The position numbers and the translations under genes were made by a program. Shown here in pieces: positions 1 through 9,300 of a stretch of DNA of 64,000 bases; the first letter of the stretch is position 1; each line of letters begins with the position of its first letter. This DNA comes from Candidatus Kapaibacterium sp. GTDB taxonomy: Bacteria; Bacteroidota; Ignavibacteria; Kapaibacteriales; UBA2268. The stretch is from contig OY761611.1 in assembly GCA_963664875.1 (NCBI GenBank), positions 2,912,001 through 2,976,000 on the forward strand, read 5' to 3'. Below the pieces are notes generated by a model. The model did not search any database and was not told where the DNA came from. It saw only the letters and a list, made by a program, of their open reading frames with translations.

Positions 1-746
1 TCAAAAAATTTGAAAATGCCAATATAAAAGTGTCTGTCAAATCAGAAGCAGTTGCCGTTGAACCGAGCATAAAAGATATTCAAAATATGTTTATGGCTAA
101 TAGTAGTGCGGCGAATATTGAAAATATGTCTGATAATCTACTAAAAAATGCAGGCATAAAAGAATTATTTGACGGCAAATCATTCGAGCAGATAAAAGAA
201 ATACTAAATAATTCGGGTTCCGGCTTTTCTGATATGTCCGGTTTTAATTTCGAGTTCAACGGACAAAAAATATTGGACAGAGCTAATAACCTGAAATTTG
301 AGAAAGTTATAAGAACACAGATAAAAGATTTTGCTGCAAAGCTAACCTCTGTGGTCAAAAATGTTCCTAATTCTACAAATGCCACAGCCAAGATGGTACT
401 TCGTCCCGAATCGCTTGGCACTGTATTTGTAGATATTAACTCAACTGAGGGGGTAGTTAAATTGAAAATCAAGGCTCAGTCACAGGAAGTGATTGACAAG
501 TTAGAAGCCCAAATAGCAGAGCTCAGGCAAAAACTTGAAAAGTCCGGCTTAGTCGCCGAACACATTGAGTTTGCTCTCTACGAGGAAGGAGAAAATGCTT
601 TTAACAGCTTTGCATTTTCAAAAGAAAAACAGGACGAAATGGAAGCACGAAAAGATTTCGTGCGCTCTTTTACCGGATTAGCTTCTGATTCTACTCAGGA
701 TGAGCCTACAATCAGCAGTAAAAATGGTATAGAGCAGTACATTTAA
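1..746 (+). CDS. fliK: Flagellar hook-length control protein FliK, C-terminal part (5' truncated by window edge)
   Basis: Frame is open back to the window edge; FliK_C motif AKMVLRPESLGTVFV...LRQKLEKSGL; lies upstream of flgD. Confidence 0.85.
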   Translation, partial: KKFENANIKVSVKSEAVAVEPSIKDIQNMFMANSSAANIENMSDNLLKNAGIKELFDGKSFEQIKEILNNSGSGFSDMSGFNFEFNGQKILDRANNLKFEKVIRTQIKDFAAKLTSVVKNVPNSTNATAKMVLRPESLGTVFVDINSTEGVVKLKIKAQSQEVIDKLEAQIAELRQKLEKSGLVAEHIEFALYEEGENAFNSFAFSKEKQDEMEARKDFVRSFTGLASDSTQDEPTISSKNGIEQYI

Positions 747-752
747 CCCTTT

Positions 753-766
753 CAACATGGAGGTTG
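753..766 (+). promoter_or_regulatory. flgD RBS hairpin CAAC-ATGGAG-GTTG, candidate CsrA site
   Basis: 4-bp stem with SD GGAG in a hexaloop; ACATGGAGGT matches the CsrA consensus ACANGGANGU. Confidence 0.55.
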
Positions 767-769
767 CAA

Positions 770-1462
770 ATGACTCAGGGAGTAACCGGAACTACTTCGA
801 GTGCGTATAACTATTCTGGTAGCAGCACGTCAGCAAGCAGCGGAAGCGATGTGAGCAAAGACGAATTTTTGAAGCTGCTTACCTATCAGTTAAAAGCACA
901 AAACCCGTTGAAACCATACGACAACCAAGAGTTTGCCTCTCAGTTAGCTCAATTCTCGCAATTGGAAATGCTTACTGACATTCGTTCTATAATGGAAGAA
1001 CAATCGCAGGTCAATCTCTTGCTTACTCAAACTATGTCCAATACTGCTTTGCCGGGGATGCTTGGCAAATCTGCCAAAGCTTACACCGATGGTGTTTCCT
1101 TTGACGGTGAAAACCCTGTGCAACTTGGTTATACTTTACCTTATTCGGCTTCATCAGGTTCTGTTTCTATATATAACGAAAGCGGAACGCTGATTAAAAC
1201 AATTGACCTTGACAGCTCTGTGCTGCGAACCGGCGATAACACTATCGAATGGGATGGCACTGATGCAGAGGGCAATACTGTCGATGAGGGTAAATATAGT
1301 TTTGTTGCTAATGTGGCAGACGGCGAAGGCAAAGCAATAACAACGGAAACTTTTGTCAACGGAAAAATCGAAGCAGTTCGTTTTAAAAGTGAAGGTACTG
1401 TATTGGTTATCAATGGTATGGAAATACCACTTGGTGACATTTCTGCAGTTACTTCCGGGTAA
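770..1462 (+). CDS. flgD: Flagellar hook capping protein FlgD
   Basis: FLKLLTYQLKAQNPLKPYDNQEFASQLAQFSQLE motif and FlgD Ig domain (WDGTD..G..V..GKY); ATG 770 follows GGAGG. Confidence 0.95.
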   Translation: MTQGVTGTTSSAYNYSGSSTSASSGSDVSKDEFLKLLTYQLKAQNPLKPYDNQEFASQLAQFSQLEMLTDIRSIMEEQSQVNLLLTQTMSNTALPGMLGKSAKAYTDGVSFDGENPVQLGYTLPYSASSGSVSIYNESGTLIKTIDLDSSVLRTGDNTIEWDGTDAEGNTVDEGKYSFVANVADGEGKAITTETFVNGKIEAVRFKSEGTVLVINGMEIPLGDISAVTSG

Positions 1463-1492
1463 TTGATTTAACTAAAAAAACAGGAGGCGTCT

Positions 1493-1882
1493 ATGATTGA
1501 TATTGAAGGCGTCAGACTACCGTTTGTTCCCGCAGGCGGTGTGCGTTCTCTCAAAAATCCTGCTCAGCAGATTAAAGTTCCGGATGGGAAAAGTACTGAT
1601 TTCAGTGATATTTTCAAAAAAGAACTGGAAAAGGTAAACTTTTCGTCTCATGCTCAATCGCGCATGGTAAGTAGAGATATTAGTATCTCGCCTGCTGAAA
1701 TGGAAAAATTAGAAACAGCAATTGATAAGTTAGCTGAAAAGGGCGGTAAAGATTCGTTGGTGATGATGCAGGACAAATCCTTTATTGTTAACGTACCATC
1801 TAAAACAATCGTTACCGTTTTTGACAGCTCGCAGATGCAGGAAAACGTTTTTACAAATATCGACTCGGCTGTGATAGCATAA
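1493..1882 (+). CDS. Small flagellar operon protein (TIGR02530-like), function unknown
   Basis: FSSHAQSRM..R.I, KGGKDSLV, FIVNVPSKTIVT and NVFTNIDSAVI motifs; between flgD and flgE; SD AGGAGG. Confidence 0.85.
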   Translation: MIDIEGVRLPFVPAGGVRSLKNPAQQIKVPDGKSTDFSDIFKKELEKVNFSSHAQSRMVSRDISISPAEMEKLETAIDKLAEKGGKDSLVMMQDKSFIVNVPSKTIVTVFDSSQMQENVFTNIDSAVIA

Positions 1883-1885
1883 GAG

Positions 1886-1988
1886 CGAGCAGGACTTTGC
1901 CTTTGTCTCAGAGAATAAGGGCGAGATGCTCGAAAAGCCTTGACCGACTGATAGGCTTTTTCGGTTGAAAATCAACAAGGAGGTTGAT
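1886..1988 (+). promoter_or_regulatory. Structured flgE leader: three hairpins, the last holding the SD in a CsrA-consensus loop
   Basis: CGAGCA/TGCTCG with inner stem; AAAAGCCT/AGGCTTTT; ATCAAC-AAGGAG-GTTGAT directly before ATG 1989. Confidence 0.6.
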
Positions 1989-3311
1989 ATGGGCTTAATA
2001 AGATCGCTTTCGATTGGAGCGAGTTCCTTAAAAACCCATCAAAAAGGATTTGACGTTATTTCAAATAACTTAGCCAATGCTAATACAGTAGCTTATAAAT
2101 CAAACTCTGCTAACTTTGCAGAGGAATTCAATCAGGTTTATAGCTATGGAAGAGGCCCGGGAGACACCGGCACTTCCGCTGCAGGAGGTACTAATCCTTT
2201 GCAGTATGGGCTTGGAGTTAAGTTGAGCTCAATCCAACAGAATATGACGCAGGGAGTTATCGAATCTACCAACAGACCATTAGATATGGCTTTGCAGGGT
2301 GGAGGCTTTTTTGTGTATAATCTTGGTGGTACAGATTATTATTCTCGTGCCGGAGCCATTTCGCAGGACAAACTTGGTAATCTTGTGGATAGTGGCACAG
2401 GTGCATTCTTGCAGGGATATAATGTATCCTATGATGCTAACGGACGAATCAATAAAACTTCTGACGGTGCTAATATCCTTGACGCAACCGTCTCTAATTT
2501 GACAATTTCGCCCGATGTGGTCTCTGCTCCTAAACAGACAGAAAATATTGCATTGAAAGGTAATTTGAATTCTGAAGCAGACGAAGGAAATGTTCGTACT
2601 ACCAGTATTGATATACTCGATAATAACGGCGGTTCGCACACAGTAACACTTTCGTTTACAAAAAGTGCTACTGCCAATCAGTACGATGTTGCCGCTAAAG
2701 TTGACGGAAACGATATATCATTAGATGCTACAAACATTACTTTCAATCCTGACGGTTCGATAAGTACACCTTTAGAATTGAATATGACAGCTGCTGATTT
2801 GAATACTGCAGTTGGATCTGATGTATTTGATACAGGCACTCCAAAAAATGTAACTATTACACTTGCAAATTCAAATAACCTGTTGCAGGGACTAACCAAT
2901 TTTGCACAGGCAGATTCTGCAACAGCGACCTCGCAGGACGGTTACAAACCCGGATCATTACTTTCCCTTTCTGTTCAGCCTGATGGTAGAATAGTGGGTA
3001 GTTTTTCGAATGGGCAGGCAGAAGTCTTGGGGCAGGTGGTAGTCGCAAAATTTACCAATGAAGATGGTTTAGTCCGATCAGGTAACAATTTCTTTGTGCC
3101 TTCTCCAAATAGTGGATTGCCAGTGATCGGTACGGCTACAGAAACATTTGCTTCTACGATGGTTGCTGGACAGTCATTGGAACAATCAAATGTAGATATG
3201 ACAGAAGAATTTACTGATATGATATCGACTCAAAGAGCTTTTGAAGCTGCTTCGCGAACAATTTCCGTAAGCGATCAGCTACTTCAGGAAATAAATCAGC
3301 TTAAAAGATAA
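1989..3311 (+). CDS. flgE: Flagellar hook protein FlgE
   Basis: DVISNNLANANTVAYKS N-terminus, TNRPLDMALQGGGFF, C-terminal LEQSNVDMTEEFTDMISTQRAFEA; ATG 1989 after AGGAGG preferred over TTG 1965. Confidence 0.95.
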   Translation: MGLIRSLSIGASSLKTHQKGFDVISNNLANANTVAYKSNSANFAEEFNQVYSYGRGPGDTGTSAAGGTNPLQYGLGVKLSSIQQNMTQGVIESTNRPLDMALQGGGFFVYNLGGTDYYSRAGAISQDKLGNLVDSGTGAFLQGYNVSYDANGRINKTSDGANILDATVSNLTISPDVVSAPKQTENIALKGNLNSEADEGNVRTTSIDILDNNGGSHTVTLSFTKSATANQYDVAAKVDGNDISLDATNITFNPDGSISTPLELNMTAADLNTAVGSDVFDTGTPKNVTITLANSNNLLQGLTNFAQADSATATSQDGYKPGSLLSLSVQPDGRIVGSFSNGQAEVLGQVVVAKFTNEDGLVRSGNNFFVPSPNSGLPVIGTATETFASTMVAGQSLEQSNVDMTEEFTDMISTQRAFEAASRTISVSDQLLQEINQLKR

Positions 3312-3315
3312 TAGC

Positions 3316-3342
3316 TAATGTTTTAGCAAATTAAGTCGATAA
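3316..3342 (+). promoter_or_regulatory. Putative sigma28 (FliA) promoter
   Basis: TAAT-N15-GTCGATAA versus consensus TAAA-N15-GCCGATAA, with extended -35 TAATGTTT. Confidence 0.6.
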
Positions 3343-3348
3343 TAATAA

Positions 3349-3447
3349 AAAGTGTCAATCATCGAGGCAGATGACAAGACAATCAGGGAAATATATCCCT
3401 GATCCTCCATAATTCGGGTGGTTGCAATATACTACCCGTTTTTTTTT
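3349..3447 (+). ncRNA. Candidate sigma28-dependent small RNA downstream of flgE
   Basis: Follows the sigma28-like promoter; two hairpins, single-stranded CCTCCAT, then an intrinsic terminator; 5' end approximate. Confidence 0.45.
3415..3447 (+). terminator. Intrinsic terminator of the flagellar operon/sRNA
   Basis: CGGGTGGT...ACTACCCG followed by T9; the G-U pair fixes plus orientation. Confidence 0.85.
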
Positions 3448-3650
3448 GCTTTCAGTCTGAAAGAGCCCTGAAATAGCACCCTTTCCTGCTCCTGAATATC
3501 TATCTCCCAAAAAAAACAATAGCAATCCTGTTCGTCAATATTCTCAGTATTTTCTAAGTCTGATCTTTTCAATTTCCATTGCTTATGTTCATATATAGTG
3601 GTAAATTAGGAGATTGGAATTAAACTAATTATCAAAACGGAATATTGAAA

Positions 3651-6182
3651 ATGACATCTAAAGAGATAAGACAATCCTTCCTTGACTTTTTTAAAGGCAA
3701 AGAGCATGCTATAGTGCCGTCTGCGCCTGTAGTGCCTCACGGCGACCCTACTTTGCTTTTTACTAATGCAGGTATGAACCAGTTCAAAGATGTATTTCTT
3801 GGACAGGGAAAAAGAGATTTTAACCGTGCTGCTGATACTCAAAAATGTATCCGTGTGAGCGGTAAACATAATGATCTTGAAGAAGTTGGTGTTGACACTT
3901 ACCACCATACTTTCTTTGAAATGCTTGGTAACTGGAGCTTTGGTGATTATTATAAAGAAGAAGCTATTGCTTGGGCTTGGGAACTTCTCACAGGAGTTTG
4001 GAAACTGCCTGCTGACAGACTTTACGCAACAGTTTTCGAATCAGATGATGAAGCTTTGGAAATCTGGAAAAAATATCTTCCTGAAAATCAAATCCAACGC
4101 CATGGCGCTAAAGATAACTTCTGGGAAATGGGCGAAACAGGTCCGTGCGGCCCTTGCTCTGAAGTACACTATGACAGAACAAAAGACAAATCAGGTGCAA
4201 AACTTGTAAATATGGATAGCCCTGAAGTTATAGAAATATGGAACCTTGTATTTATCCAATACAACAGAAAAGCTGACGGTTCTCTTGAAAATCTTGCTAA
4301 CACTCACGTTGATACAGGTATGGGATTTGAAAGAATCTGTGCAGTGCTTCAAGGTAAAAACTCAAACTACGACACAGATGTATTTATGCCGATTTTGAGA
4401 AAAATTGAAGAGTTGAGTGGCAAGGCTTATAGTACTGAATTGACTGACAAAACCGGTATTGCAATGCGTGTTATCGCTGACCACGTTCGTACACTTAGCT
4501 TTGCAATTGCCGATGGCGCTATGCCGGGCAATGAAGGCAGATCTTATGTCCTTCGCAGAATTTTGCGTCGTGGTTGCCGCTTTGCTAGAAATCTCGGTTT
4601 CAGAGAAGCTATGATGTACAAACTTGTTCCTACTTTAATTGAAGTAATGGGCGAGCAATTCCCTGAAATAGTTAAACAGCAGACAACAATCGAAAAAATC
4701 ATCAAAGGCGAAGAGGAATCATTCCTTCAGACTCTTGATAGAGGGATCGAAAAATTTGAAGAGATGACAAAAGACCTAAAAGATAATACTATCGCAGGTG
4801 CAGATGCATTTATGCTTTATGATACTTTTGGTTTTCCTCTTGACCTGACTGAGCTAATGGCTCGCGAAGCAGGCTATAAAGTTGACATCGAAGGCTTCAA
4901 TGCAAACATGAAAGAGCAAAAAGAACGCTCTCGTGCAGCTCGCAAAGTTACTTCTCAGGAAGCAGAAATACCTGAAGTAAATGAAAAATCAGAGTTTATT
5001 GGTTATCATACTTTAGAAGCCGAAGCAAAAATTCTTTGGGCAGATGATAATAAAGTAGTTCTTGACAAAACTCCATTTTATGCAGAAAGCGGTGGTCAAG
5101 TGTCAGATCATGGCACGCTTACAATAGCTGCTAATAAATATGATGTTATCGACGTTAGAAAAGTGGGTGATGCTATTATTCATATCTGCGACCGCGAAGT
5201 AGAGCAGCTTATCGGCGGTTCAGCTCTTGCAAAAGTAGATGAAAAACGCAGACAAGCTATCAAACGAAACCACTCTGCAACTCACCTCTTGCACGAAGCG
5301 CTTCGCACTGTTCTCGGTAATCACGTGCAGCAGGCAGGTTCACTTGTAGCTCCTGATTATCTACGTTTCGACTTTAACCACTTTGAAAAAGTAACAGATG
5401 AGCAAATCGAGCAAATCGAAAGGCTTGCAAACGAAAAAATACTGGAAGCTCATTCAGTAGATATTGAAGAAAAATCTATCGAAGATGCTCAGAAAAACGA
5501 TAAAATCAAAATGTTCTTCGGAGACAAGTACGGCTCAACAGTTCGAGTAATTACTATGGATCCTAGCTATTCTATGGAGCTGTGTGGTGGTACTCACGTT
5601 AGTAACACAGCAGAAATCGGTTTGGTAAAAATTACATCTGAGTCTTCTATTGCTGCCGGCGTTCGTCGTTTGGAAGCAGTAACAGGCAAAGGTGTGGAAG
5701 AATATATCCATAATCAAAATGCTAAGCTAAAAGAAAAAGACGTTACTATTGCGGAATTGCATCACAAAATCAAGCAAATGGAAAAAGAAATGTCTGAGCT
5801 AAAAGTGCAGGGCATGGCTTCGCTTGTTCCTGATATGATAGCTGCGGCTGAGCTTGTGGGCGAAATCAGAGTAGTAGCCAAAGAAGTAGAAGCAGAAGAT
5901 ATGGATCAGCTCCGCGACCTTGGCGAGGAGCTTAGAAACGGTTTCGGCAAACAGGGTATCGGTCTTCTTGCTCGCATAGATGAAGATAAAGTGCAGCTCG
6001 TGTGCGTTGCTACTGATGACTTAGTCAAATCGCATCCTGCAGGCAAATTAGTCGGAGCTGCTGCAAAAGCACTTGGCGGCGGCGGAGGTGGTAAACCTCA
6101 CATGGCTACAGCAGGCGGCAGAGATGTATCAAAATTGCCTGAATTACTATCAAACTTTGCCGCAATGGTAAAAGATATGTAG
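3651..6182 (+). CDS. alaS: Alanine--tRNA ligase
   Basis: DPTLLFTNAGMNQFK, HHTFFEMLGNWSFGDY, editing HSATH...ELCGGTH, C-terminal GGGGGKP. Confidence 0.98.
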   Translation: MTSKEIRQSFLDFFKGKEHAIVPSAPVVPHGDPTLLFTNAGMNQFKDVFLGQGKRDFNRAADTQKCIRVSGKHNDLEEVGVDTYHHTFFEMLGNWSFGDYYKEEAIAWAWELLTGVWKLPADRLYATVFESDDEALEIWKKYLPENQIQRHGAKDNFWEMGETGPCGPCSEVHYDRTKDKSGAKLVNMDSPEVIEIWNLVFIQYNRKADGSLENLANTHVDTGMGFERICAVLQGKNSNYDTDVFMPILRKIEELSGKAYSTELTDKTGIAMRVIADHVRTLSFAIADGAMPGNEGRSYVLRRILRRGCRFARNLGFREAMMYKLVPTLIEVMGEQFPEIVKQQTTIEKIIKGEEESFLQTLDRGIEKFEEMTKDLKDNTIAGADAFMLYDTFGFPLDLTELMAREAGYKVDIEGFNANMKEQKERSRAARKVTSQEAEIPEVNEKSEFIGYHTLEAEAKILWADDNKVVLDKTPFYAESGGQVSDHGTLTIAANKYDVIDVRKVGDAIIHICDREVEQLIGGSALAKVDEKRRQAIKRNHSATHLLHEALRTVLGNHVQQAGSLVAPDYLRFDFNHFEKVTDEQIEQIERLANEKILEAHSVDIEEKSIEDAQKNDKIKMFFGDKYGSTVRVITMDPSYSMELCGGTHVSNTAEIGLVKITSESSIAAGVRRLEAVTGKGVEEYIHNQNAKLKEKDVTIAELHHKIKQMEKEMSELKVQGMASLVPDMIAAAELVGEIRVVAKEVEAEDMDQLRDLGEELRNGFGKQGIGLLARIDEDKVQLVCVATDDLVKSHPAGKLVGAAAKALGGGGGGKPHMATAGGRDVSKLPELLSNFAAMVKDM

Positions 6183-6237
6183 CATATTCACAACCGTAGG
6201 GCTCGCCCTGCTGTTAGGAATAGGAAATATAAAATAG

Positions 6238-6282
6238 AACCGCAGAGAGTAAATGACAATAAACTCTCTGCGGTTTTTTTTT
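6238..6282 (+). terminator. Intrinsic terminator after alaS
   Basis: AACCGCAGAGAGT...ACTCTCTGCGGTT followed by T-tract. Confidence 0.9.
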
Positions 6283-6348
6283 GAGACCTTTTACAATTAA
6301 ATGTGTTTATCATTATAGATAGATAATTTTATGTTGTGGAGGTATAAG

Positions 6349-9300
6349 ATGAAAACGTTATTTTACATATTATTTTTAATTGCAAGTGTAGCAAGTTTAA
6401 GCGCAGTAGAGTGGGAAAAAATTGATTTACCATCTTATCCGTATTATGAGGTCAAACATAACTCCAACCTTTCTGAATTAGAAATACACGGGGTGGATTC
6501 TTTACCAAAACCTAAAGCAAAGTATCAAGTCGATTATGATTTCGAATCAACTATTTGCCAATCCTTTTTCGATTTAGGAATAGATACTGTAGATTTTAAA
6601 AGTAATCACAGTATTGCTAATCCTTTTTTCAATGTACTATTTGTATCAATTCCTTCGCAAGATAAATGCCTATATTCAAAGGACGGAGGTCGAATTTGGG
6701 CAGTTACCGGCTCAGAAATAGAAAATTTGTCTTTTGGTGCTCTGTTTGAGTCGGTTGTTGTTGGCAATAGCTTTTTTGTATGCCCACATACACCGGATGT
6801 AATATTGCAAACTAAGGATTCTTGTAAAACATGGACAATATTTGCTGATGATATATCTGATCAAAAATTGGACCCTAGCTATAACCAACTTCAGGCAGTC
6901 AATGATTCTACACTGTTTTATATACAGCAATCAGCTTATTTTCTTGATTCTACAGTCTATCATAATACGATAACAAACAAAAAAGAATCTTCAGTTATTC
7001 CTTCTTACATGATGAAATGGTCTTATGATCCAACAGTTGTGAGAGGAGATACAATAGATTATTTTTTATGGTATTTGCCTAGCTATATATACAGAAGCAT
7101 TGATAGAGGTAATACATGGGGAATATGGTTTGATATGACAGATGTGTTTCACAAACTAGCTCCGGCAGCTGCTAATCAAGGAATTGAATATACTTTTGAT
7201 GGTGATGTAATAACAGCAGTCATGGACAGAAAGGGTTCGGATGGTAAGTTTGAAAACCGATATTGCGTTTCTCCTGACTATGGAAAGACATGGTATTTTA
7301 CCGACAAGGAAAAACCAATTGTAATCAATGGTGCATGTTATTTCCCAAAAGGCACATATATTCAATATGATACATTATTAGATTTGCGCTCAAACGCTTA
7401 TTTTTTGGGTACTGATTATGGAACTTATAGAGAATCCGGCAATAAAGCATACTATCAAACTAGAGTGACAAATAATAATGACATCAAAAATCTAAATCAG
7501 GTAACATGGGACAAGTATAATTTCACAGAGGAGCAAATATATCTTACAAAACATGATAAAGAATATTTCCTTGATGAAGGTATATTACATCTCCGCAAAC
7601 AACCGGAATCAATAGAATTGGCTTCAAGTATCTCTTCTTTTGAAGTAATTTTAGAAACTCCTTGGCTTGATATTCTGCTTTGCCAAAACTCAGAAGAGAA
7701 TTCACATCGATTGTTATATATCAAAGATTCAGAAGTTGTTGAAGAGATGTTAGTAACAGAAAATCAAGAAATTTTTGCAGGTATAAATACAGAAAACCCG
7801 GATCAGATATATTACATTTATATAGAAAAATCCGATAATATTAAGCTCATATCTGAAGATATAAATAAAGCAGGTAAAGATACTATTGAATTGAATCTTG
7901 ATATAAATGATGATAAGATTATCAAGTCCATTCTTAGCGGAGACAACTTATATCTAATCGGCAAAGAGAAGCTGTATATATCTGACAACAAAGGTTCTTC
8001 ATTTATATCAATTACAAACCCTCAAACATATAAAGCAAAAGATGTTTTGTGTGACAACGTAGCAGTATATCAAGGTGATATTTATACTTCGGGATCAAAA
8101 GGAATTCTAAAGCTAAATGATAAACTTGAATGGGAAAACGTGCTTGATAGTGTTACAACTGCTTATGCTTTTGCAGTAGAGTTTTTGAACAATAAAATCT
8201 ACGCTTACACAGAGGAAGGACTTTTTGTAAGCCTGGCTACCAATAAAGTCAGCACAGAAGACGGAAACCGAAATACAATTATTGAAACATCCGGTGGAAT
8301 CTATTTTGGCTACTCAAATGTCTTTTGCTTTTATGCAGATCGGCTGCAGCAAGAATATGCCGGCAGATTCTCCTATGTTGTTTATCACGGGAATTACGAA
8401 AGTAGCACTCCTAAAAATGATACTGATCCCGATTTTAGAACAGAGGGAGCAGACAGTGTACTAGCATATATTCGGGATTTAAACGAATTGAACAGGAATT
8501 ATTATATTGATATTACGGATGGCGATGAAGTTACTGATCCGATGGACAAAATTCACGCCCAGACTTCAGAAGTAAATATATCAGTTTCAGCAGATGTAAA
8601 CCCTAATACAAGGGAGCTTACTGCAAATGTTTCCTATTTGTACAAAAAAGAAGGTAGTGGCTCGCATACTTTGTCTGTATTCCTGCTTCAGGACTATATA
8701 AAAGGAAAACAAGAATTGTATACAAATGTTTTACTACCACCATTGGCTCTGGATGGTCAATATTACCACCGCAACGTGTTCAGAATGAGCCTAAGTGACG
8801 ATGCTAAAGGAGACAAAATACCGAATACTTCTGAAGGTATTTACGGCGAAAGGAATTTTAAAATTATCTTACCTGACACAATTGGAAATATCAAACTTGA
8901 ATTGGCCGATTTGAAGCTTATAGCTTTTATAAACAAAGAAGATGAATATAAAGAAGTTTTGCAGGTTGTAGAAACTGAAGTAAATCTTCCTGACAAAAAC
9001 CTTGTAAATCTGAACATAGAAGACATTACAGAAACTAAATATGAGTATTTCTTTAATGAATTTATTCCTAAAGTTCACATTACAAACTATGGTTCAACTA
9101 ATATAAATCAGTTTGATTTGAACTTGAAACTTACAGACACTACTTACTCAAATACATACTATGAAAAAATCAATAACAACTTTGCTAAATCTGTTATTGT
9201 TGATACTGTTAAAGCTGATTTTGTCGGGAACTATTCCTTTGCAGTTACAGGTTTTGGGAATATTAACAATTCCCACGTGACAGGAGAATATATTGCGGAC

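Noticed and set aside
3432-3574. About 46-codon TTG-initiated minus-strand ORF (LKRSDLENT...KKNG)
   Set aside because: No RBS or recognisable homology, and it runs through homopolymer tracts and a terminator; likely spurious
3450-3650. T-box or riboswitch upstream of alaS
   Set aside because: No T-box motif or antiterminator recognised; the nearby terminator belongs to the upstream unit
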